Below are positions 55,825-64,000 of a stretch of 64,000 nucleotides of DNA, in pieces. The notes beneath the pieces are model-generated. The model was given only the letters and a program-made list of their open reading frames with translations. It was not told the origin of the DNA and searched no databases. Source of the DNA: Eledone cirrhosa (taxonomy: Eukaryota); NCBI GenBank assembly GCA_964016885.1, contig OZ024740.1, positions 112,530,001-112,594,000 on the forward strand, written 5' to 3'. The first letter of the stretch is position 1; each line of letters opens with the position of its first letter. The position numbers and the translations under genes were made by a program.

Positions 55825-57282
55825 GAAAACTTTGACGGTGAAAGTGTATGTCCAGCGAGTTTGCAATTTGGTACAGAAGGAGAATTTCGGCAACGTCACG
55901 AAAGTTTTACTTCAACAGATCAAGACTACGTCAGCCATGAAATACCTGTTGATGTGTGTGACAGGTTCAGAGAAGTGCTAGAAGATCGCTGTGGAAGTCC
56001 TCGTAAAGAAAGGAGCCGCAAGGATTCCCAGGGTAGTATTAACCGAGAGTTGGCCATGTTAGATAAAGAAATGAAAGAAATTCAAATGGAATGCCAAGAA
56101 CTTGTCCGTGCTCATATGAGAGAACAACAGAAAATACAACTTCAACAGAGAGAAATGTTACGATATGAACCACAAAGAAGCCCTCGCATTGTTCCCAGAA
56201 TGGGAACACGATTGGAGTACATAAAGCATACGGGTCTTACCCATGAGCAAGCAGAAAGTAGTAATAATGCTCGCAAAGAAAGCAATCAAACCCCCAAACT
56301 CATTCCCCAATCTATGATAACTGATAAAGAGAAGGACCCCGCTACGACTAGTGCCTATAATTCAGGTGAGAGCTGTCGTAGCACACCATTAACCCTTGAG
56401 TTGAATCAGGTGTCCGACGACAGCGACAAAGGACTACGTAATTCGATGCTGTGTCTTGTGCCACCAGCTGGCCGAACGTCAGGTAGTGACACAGAAAAAC
56501 AGACACAGACGCCCACTAAAGGCCATGAACATTCTAGTGATGACAGTCTGAAATTTAAAAAGAATTTATCTTTTGCCCAAAATTCGTCCAAAGTAAATAA
56601 CAAGTCAGGTAACCTAAAGAGTTGCGAAAGCATGGGGGAGTCATTACAAGACATTTATATGCGCTACTCCGATGTCATGTACACTAACCATGCCAATTTG
56701 GAACATACTATTGCCATTCAACAGAAACTTTTCCAACAGCAGCTGGAGCAGCGCTCTCGCATAAAAGGTCATAGCAGCAGTGGAGGTCGAGGTTCCGATG
56801 GCCAGCAGGGTGAAGCTTGTGCTGGTGCGCAGTCATCAGACGGCTGCCAAATGGAATGGGTGGTGAAACGCCGACCAGATGGAACACGTTACATAACGCG
56901 GCGTCCAATTCGTAACAAAATGTTGAAAGAACGTGCTAAAAAGATATCGGAAGAGCGTGCAGGCATGACAACAGATGACGATGCAATGAGTGAGTTAAAA
57001 GTTGGTCGTTACTGGCCAAAAGAGGAGCGTAAGAAACACATTGAAAAAGCTCGTGACCAGAAACGAAAGAAGGAACTGATGATGAAAGCCAAAATGGAAA
57101 CCTTAAAGGAAGAAGATAAAAAAGAGGTGAATATTCTAGAACTGAGTCATAGAAAAATGTTAAAACATAAAGGCAAAAAAGTCTTAGATGATTTTGTAAC
57201 TGTACAGGAGATGTTGGCCCATGGCAGCCGAGTGGCTGAAGGCAAAACCTACAATCCTTTACTCTCAGTAACAACTGTGTGA
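55825..57282 (+). CDS. PDZRN3: PDZRN3/4-like protein, terminal coding exon (485 aa, LNX3/4-type C-terminal homology region)
   Basis: CTACTTGTAG acceptor in frame with ORF 55861-57282. Family motifs SAYNSGESCRSTPLTLEL, MEWVVKRRPDGTRYITRRP, ERAGMTTDDDAMSELKVGRYWPKEERKKH, NILELSHRKM, and DDFVTVQEMLAHG...YNPLLSVTTV* (class I PDZ-binding end). Confidence 0.96.
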   Translation, partial: ENFDGESVCPASLQFGTEGEFRQRHESFTSTDQDYVSHEIPVDVCDRFREVLEDRCGSPRKERSRKDSQGSINRELAMLDKEMKEIQMECQELVRAHMREQQKIQLQQREMLRYEPQRSPRIVPRMGTRLEYIKHTGLTHEQAESSNNARKESNQTPKLIPQSMITDKEKDPATTSAYNSGESCRSTPLTLELNQVSDDSDKGLRNSMLCLVPPAGRTSGSDTEKQTQTPTKGHEHSSDDSLKFKKNLSFAQNSSKVNNKSGNLKSCESMGESLQDIYMRYSDVMYTNHANLEHTIAIQQKLFQQQLEQRSRIKGHSSSGGRGSDGQQGEACAGAQSSDGCQMEWVVKRRPDGTRYITRRPIRNKMLKERAKKISEERAGMTTDDDAMSELKVGRYWPKEERKKHIEKARDQKRKKELMMKAKMETLKEEDKKEVNILELSHRKMLKHKGKKVLDDFVTVQEMLAHGSRVAEGKTYNPLLSVTTV

Positions 57283-58483
57283 TAAAAATGACAAAACAAA
57301 TTTATACATACATACATACATATACGTATATATTTATGTAATGCATACATACATGTACACACACTTACACACATATATATATGTAATGCATACATACATA
57401 TATACACACATATATATATGTAATGCATACATACATATATACACACATATATGTATATTTATGTATGTGTGATGCATACATATAAATACAGACATGCCAA
57501 AACACTGAGACAATATATAGAAATTATTATAATTAAATAATGACTAAAAGAGACAAGAAAATATAACAATCATAAATAGCGATATCCTTTCACTAACTAC
57601 ATGAACAATTTTGGTTGGTCATTTGAATAATTGACCCAAGTATATTACTGGTAAGAAATATTAATAATAATGATGGTTTCTGACACAATTGCTAAAATGT
57701 CAATGGAACAGAGCTTCTAAAAGTAAACATTTTGAAGAAATAATTTTAAATATAAGAGAGATATAATGTAATAAGAACAATAACCATACAACCTGCACAA
57801 TGTTATGTACTGTCCCACAGTGCCAATAGAATGGAACAAAATGATGAATGATAGTCACTGAAGTAAACAAACAACTAACAGACCAACAACAACTCTATAT
57901 ATGTGGGTGTGTGTATATATATATGTATGTATGTATATATATATATGTGTGTGTGGGTGTATGGGTGTATAAATATGTATAATGTTATTTATAGTCCATG
58001 AAAACATTATTTTTCTAGGAGACTGTAACTCAAAGAAAGCACTCAATACTTGAGTTCGTAGAGAATCTATTATATATACATACATATATATATATACACA
58101 CACACAAACACATATAGATACACACACACACATATAGATATACACACACACACACATACAGATACAATGGATTTAAAAAGAGTAAATTTTTCACTTTTAC
58201 TTGCTTGCTATTGAAATTACCAGAAAGCCTATAAACATACTAAAATGTGTCTATCTCACTCACCACCCTCCCTCTCTTTCTCTCCTTCTTTGTCCTCTCT
58301 ATTGTTATTTTTTATTTATTTTTTATATCTTTTGTTCTGTCATGGGGTGGTCAGTTGGTCGATAAATTAAGTCTGTGGTATTATTTGTTTTGTTATGTTC
58401 ACAGAGAATTTGCAAGCTTGTGCAAGGTGGGTCTGGGGGTTAACAGAATATATATATATATATATACATATACATGCATACAT

Positions 58484-58537
<54 letters not shown>

Positions 58538-58563
58538 TATAAATGCATACCTACAAAATATAT

Positions 58564-58606
<43 letters not shown>

Positions 58607-59399
58607 GTGTTGATAATGTGTTCTTAAAATTCATCTCAATCAACCAACTACACACATACATTCAACATGTATACAAAACATACATATAGTCATATATACA
58701 TACAAACACACATACACACACATATATACATTTTAAAAAACTGCTGCTTAAGGAGATAATTTATATGAAAATTTTTATTATATATAAAAAGAAATGAAAA
58801 AAGAGAATTTCTATTTGAAATTTTTGAGAAAAAAATATTTAAAATGAAAATACGTCTTATAAAATGAAATATTATTAATAATTATAATATTAAAAACATG
58901 TTGAACCTGAATGTTTTCATACATATCCATACATATATATACATTTATATTTGTGTATATATGTATATGTTATGCAGTTATTCAAGGTTAACCCAAAAAA
59001 ATATATATATAATGAACCCCAAAAACATTTCTCCCTTCCCCACCCGCAATAAAAAATTAAAATAAAGGAAAACTTTTAACGCCATTAACATTCTTGCTGA
59101 TGTATAGAATTGCTAATATTTTTGAACCACCAAAAATCTGTATAAAAGATAAATAAATAAATAAATAAATTGAACTGTGTTTTGTGAACATTTTTGAAAA
59201 ATCTTAATTTGTGTACTAATGTTATTTTTGTGTATGTTGTGTGTATCTTGTTTAGAATCCCAGACACTGTAATATCTCTGCATGTCATAAGACGCAGCTA
59301 AACTGGTTGGCTCCAAGAATGGTATTCAGGTGTAAAACATTGCTTCAAAAAGGAACTCTTGATGAATATGTAGCCTGTTGTGGCCTCCTGCCTTCCTCA

Positions 59400-59990
59400 A
59401 GACCATTGTAGTAGAGGTAGAAGAGGAAGACTTAAGCGACAGCATGTCTGTGAGTCAGAGACTGGAGACTAGCTTTGAATGATTTTATGCTGATAACCTG
59501 ACTGGCTTTTCTTTGGATGTTGTTTAGGATGTCAGTGTAGACAACAGCAGCATAGTTTCATCTGAACTTTGTAGAGGACCAGCAATTGAAAAGAAACTCA
59601 AGTCTTGAGATGTGGTTCTAGCTATGCTAAGGATGTGCATTCACCATGAGAGATTGTGAGGGCTCTAGTGGCTTACTGATTATGTTGATAGTGTAGGGCG
59701 ATAATGTTTCACCAAAATGAGCAGTGTTCTGCTGTTGAAAGAGACAAAACTGCATAACCCCACTAGATGTTGTTTTTGAGGTCTCATGGAGACAGTGCAA
59801 GCTTGGTATGATATATTGGGACAGCATATGGACACTAGCTTATGGAAGAATAAAGGCTAGTATAATCTGTATGAGAGTGGGTGTTGTTAAACGTGACTGT
59901 TAATAGGTCATTTATGTGGATATATATAGAGAATGAGGTTATAGTGTAGTCTAGGGGCTTTTTGTCATGATACCAAAATGACCACTTTAC
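59400..59990 (-). mobile_element. Highly decayed CR1/Jockey-group LINE fragment
   Basis: Minus-strand translation includes ILNNIQRKASQVI...LQSLTHRHAVA*VFLFYLYYNG, resembling LINE RT C-termini. Confidence 0.5.
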
Positions 59991-60044
59991 ACAACATACA
60001 ATCTGCCTTTCATTTTGAGGGAAAAATCTGTTGTAGCTCCCTGA

Positions 60045-62575
60045 ATTTTCTCCATCCAGTTCTTACTCTGGCTACTGTACTTACAGAACACCCTCCTCCA
60101 CTGGTAATTTGGTCACCTAGGTAACAGAAACTGTTGACTATTTCTACAGAGCCCTCTGGGCATTTGAAGAAGCTAATATCCTTGCTACTTATTGCACCTC
60201 TGCATTAACTGCATATAAAACCTGTTCTTTGATAGCTAGTCTGTGATCCCACTATATATTTTCTGTACCCATAGCTTGATTTTATGACATAAGATGGAAT
60301 TTCTACCTATCCCTTTCCTGCACACTGAGCAAGGCAATTTACATGAAGGGATCTGGGCCATTTTCCTTTCGACATAATAGAATTTTAGTCTTTGACAAGT
60401 TAATTTTAAGGGCATTTAATTCTAAGCCATGCTTTTACGATTGGAATTTCTTCTCTAATTCTGCCATAGATTCAGCTATTGGAGTTAGATCATCTTCATA
60501 CAGAAGTTCCTTTGGGCAGCCAGTCTTAAACTCTTATGTTATAGCCTGTAGGGTGAATAAACAGGAGAGGGTTAAGGAGGGTACCATGATAGATACCTAC
60601 CTGCTTGCTAAATTCTTCACTATAGTCATTGTTAATTCTAAACCTTGCTGTTTGATACTCTATACATGGCTTTTACAGCCTTCACAAGTCAGTCGTCTAC
60701 CCTAGTTTTCAATGAGCCCACCAGATAATGGAACGGGGTCTGTGTCAAAGGCTTTCTCCAACTCAACAAAATCTAAGTAGAGGGCTTACTTTTAATTAGG
60801 TACTTCTGCAGTTGCCTCACAAGGAAGCGAGCATCTGTGGTACTTTTACCTGGCATAAATATAAACTGCATTTAATCTAGGTTAGCTCGATCCCTAATCA
60901 GCTGTGAAAAAAATCTTACTGTGACCTTCATGACCTGGTCAACCAACTTAATGCCTCTATAGTTTTCTCTGTCTAGAACATCTTCTTTGCCCTTGTAGCA
61001 ATTGACAATGATGTTGCTATGCCAATCATTGGGTATGGCTGTTTTGTATTACTTGATTTACATTACAGGTGACCATGGCGTTACCCACGACTCAGATGCT
61101 TTCAGAATCTTGGCAATTATTCCTGAAGGTCCAGCTGCTTTGCTTGTCTTCATATCTTTGATTGCCTTACTTACTATACTACTGCTAACTTGCACAGCCC
61201 GTCTGTTGAGACAATTTGGGCCAAACTATCTTCATCCCATTCATTTGGTAGTCTTTCATAGTGGCACTTACCTGCTACCTTCTTTTCAGCATCAGTGTGG
61301 GTGAGTACTTCATTATCATCACGGACTCACTTCCTACTAATGACATCACAATTTTCCGTGATACATTGTCTTGCAATCCTGAACATTTCACACCTTCTGT
61401 CCTCGTATTGCAGAACATGCTTAATTTTTTTTATTTTCTGCCTCCCTTCTTGCGAAGTATACTTGCCTCCTAGCGTCTCTCCTCGCCTCCTGGTAGTGTT
61501 CTCTATTTCCCCATCCTGCATTCCATTCCATTCCTGTCTTTTGGCCATAATTGTTTCCTCCAGGCTACTGTTCCACCACCAGGTAACTCTCTTTCTCCGT
61601 AGAGATTGCTCCAACTACAGATTTCATTTGTCGTCTTCAGTAGGTTATCTTTCGGGAATTATCACTGCTCCGCTATATTATATATCTCTATTTGCTATTC
61701 CTTACTGTCAAAAGCATCAAGCAATATCCCTCTAAATTTGTTACTGGTTGTTTGGTTCTTCAACTTCCACATTCTTCTCCTCTGTTGTCGAGATTATCTA
61801 GCCCTAACTATAAAGTCGCTAACTATTAGGTTATGTTGGGAGCTGCATTCTTCACCAGGAAGGGACTTTGTATTTACAACTGTGAATCTGTCTCGTCTCC
61901 TGGTAAGGATAAAATCTATCTGACTGGTTGCTCCCCTGATCTATAGGTGATCAAGTAATTGTTTCTTTTTTTATGCTTGTATTACAGACAGATATTGGAA
62001 TCACAGAACCCCACGAGTCTGGAATCTTCCTCATTTCTAGCACCAAAACCATAATCCCCGTGGATCCTGTCGAAGCTATCACAGTGTTGCCCAACATGCC
62101 CATTAAAGTCGCCTGCAATGATTATGAAGTCACCGTCGTTTATTTGAGAAGTAGTGTTTATTAGGGATTCATAAAACCTGTCTCCTAGAAGGTCCGACAG
62201 ACCAGATTGGGGTGCGTAAACAGATATAATTGACACGGTTGTTTAGTATTAGTCTAATTTTAATGATTGTTATTTCCCACCTCCAAAAATATTGTAGCAT
62301 GGTTTTTCACCGCCAAGGAATCTAGCTGACCTACCCTTCTATCTAGTCTCTTGTACACAGCGTACATCAAATTTCTTTTGTTCCAGCATCTCTACAATCT
62401 CACCTGGTCGTCATTTCCTGGAGCCGACATTGATGGTACCAACTTTAAAGTTGTGAAGATCATCGGAAGGGTGAGAGTAAGAAAAGGACGAAAGCTTTGG
62501 GAGGGGCCACAGAAATGAAATGGTGTTGGTTTGGGTTTTCCATGCTTGAAATAAAGAGGAGCATTTGCGTGGCAT
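60045..62575 (-). mobile_element. Decayed RTE LINE with APE endonuclease and RT remnants
   Basis: Broken frames FKVGTINVGS..., IISVYAPQSG...IIAGDFNGHVG...YGFGARNEE, TWWWN, NYRGIKL, PCSVCRKG and YLGDQI, with many stops and frameshifts. Confidence 0.88.
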
Positions 62576-62673
62576 ATATATATATATATATATAAATAAC
62601 AGCTTAAAGTTTAAGCAAAGAATCGGTGCTTTCACTCTTCGGATTTTAGTCTTCACATATATTATTATATATA

Positions 62674-62746
<73 letters not shown>

Positions 62747-62774
62747 GTGTGTGTGTATATATACATATCCAACG

Positions 62775-63020
62775 TTAATCCAAAAAATTTCAGAGATCTC
62801 CATGGTGTGCATTTAGATGTTTTCAAGAGATATCTCGATCTTATACTGACGAAGATCCCGGATGAACCCACAGCACGAGGCAAAGCGCAAATAAGGGCGG
62901 CAGCAACTAACTAGCTTTTGTATCAATAACCAACCAAGAAAAGCTGGCTGTAGAAAGTGTAGCATTAATGGCGGTGCCCCAGTATGGCTTCAGCCTGTCG
63001 GCTGGAACATGTATTAGAGT
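62775..63020 (+). mobile_element. 3' end fragment of another LINE clade
   Basis: PKNFRDLHGVHLDVFKRYLDLILTKIPDEP...RAAATN resembles the C-terminus of CR1/L2-group ORF2. Followed by a short GGCGGTGCCCCAGTATGGC tail. Confidence 0.55.
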
Positions 63021-63105
63021 AATACACACACATATATACATACACGTATAACTATGAACACATATATATATACATACACATATGTATATATGGCTACACA
63101 CTTAG

Positions 63106-63416
63106 ATGATTGATACTCCGTCGGTTACGACAAGTGTTACAGTTGATACGATCAACGGAAGAGTCTGCTCGTGAAAATAACGTGCAAGTGGCTGAGCATT
63201 CCACAGACACACGTACATTTAACGTACTTCTCGGGGAGATTCAGCGTGACACAGAATGTGACGAGGGTGGCCCTTTGAATGAAAAGCACAATTCAATTTT
63301 GCTAGCTGGGTGGACTAGAGCAACGTGAAATAAAGTGTCACAACGCACCGCCGGGATTCGAACTCACGATCTTACTGTTGTAAGCCGAATGCACTAACAA
63401 CAAAGCTACGCACCTT
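63106..63416 (-). mobile_element. CORE-type tRNA-derived SINE (different body from family A)
   Basis: Minus strand B box GAGTTCGAATCCCGG, then ACACTTTATTTCACGTTGCTCTAGTCCAC core-like segment. Confidence 0.75.
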
Positions 63417-64000
63417 CACACATATATATATATACACACATACACCCACACCCACACATACATATATACATGCACACACACACATATACCAAAGTGTATA
63501 TAATAACAACTACAACAATAATAATATTTGCAATACACACAATTCTGAATAGATGGTGATTAACTATATATATATATCTACGGCCTGTTGCCTCGTTTTC
63601 TTTAGAATTGAAGCTTTAAAAACTGGCACCAGAGGACTCTTATTCTTTAAAAAAATCTCCCGGAGCAGATAGCTGATGCATACTTTTATTGTACTATCAC
63701 AATACTTGCAAGCCACCAGTTGCAAGTTGATTGTTCAATTTTTACATTCCATCCTGTATTATAACAAAGACTTCGTCTTATTTTACATTGCCTTTTATTA
63801 TCTGTATAGATAATATCAACAGAGAGATAGATAGATAGATAGAGAGGGGTGGTGGTGGAAGGAGAGAGAAATGGTTGTAGTGGAGGTAGGTTTTGCTACA
63901 TCCTCGTCGTGATTGTAAGAGCGTTTATTGCGGCAATGATAGTTGTGGTAATGATAGTGGTCGTGGTGATGGTGTTATATATATATTCTAATACATAATG

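Noticed and set aside
56406-57274. Minus-strand ORFs overlapping the terminal exon
   Set aside because: Shadow ORFs of the conserved + strand coding exon.

Overview
Eukaryotic, AT-rich, microsatellite-saturated genomic DNA. The SINE/LINE repertoire looks like a coleoid cephalopod such as Octopus, which is an inference. The window holds the 3' part of one + strand gene, a PDZRN3/PDZRN4/PDZD4 (LNX3/4, Drosophila Slip1)-family PDZ protein: five phase-0 exons at 26938-27000, 36864-36962, 53273-53374, 53996-54124 and 55825-57282, about 616 aa, ending LLSVTTV*. I found no upstream exons, so bases 1-26937 are probably one large intron. The introns contain a ~7 kb 63-bp satellite, 45/27/49/80-bp minisatellites, several RTE-clade LINE copies, two tRNA-derived SINE families (CORE-type with an RTE tail, and a Meta-domain-like type), hAT, piggyBac-like and mariner non-autonomous elements, and long inverted repeats. 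The most notable unannotated signal is a set of minimal type-I hammerhead ribozyme motifs of the Penelope/retrozyme kind at 8881-8967, 26546-26630 and an inverted pair at 44001-44171. The first sits in a 310-bp partial tandem whose second copy breaks off with a 10-nt inversion starting exactly at the predicted cleavage site. Almost all ORFs in the supplied track are microsatellite or repeat artefacts.
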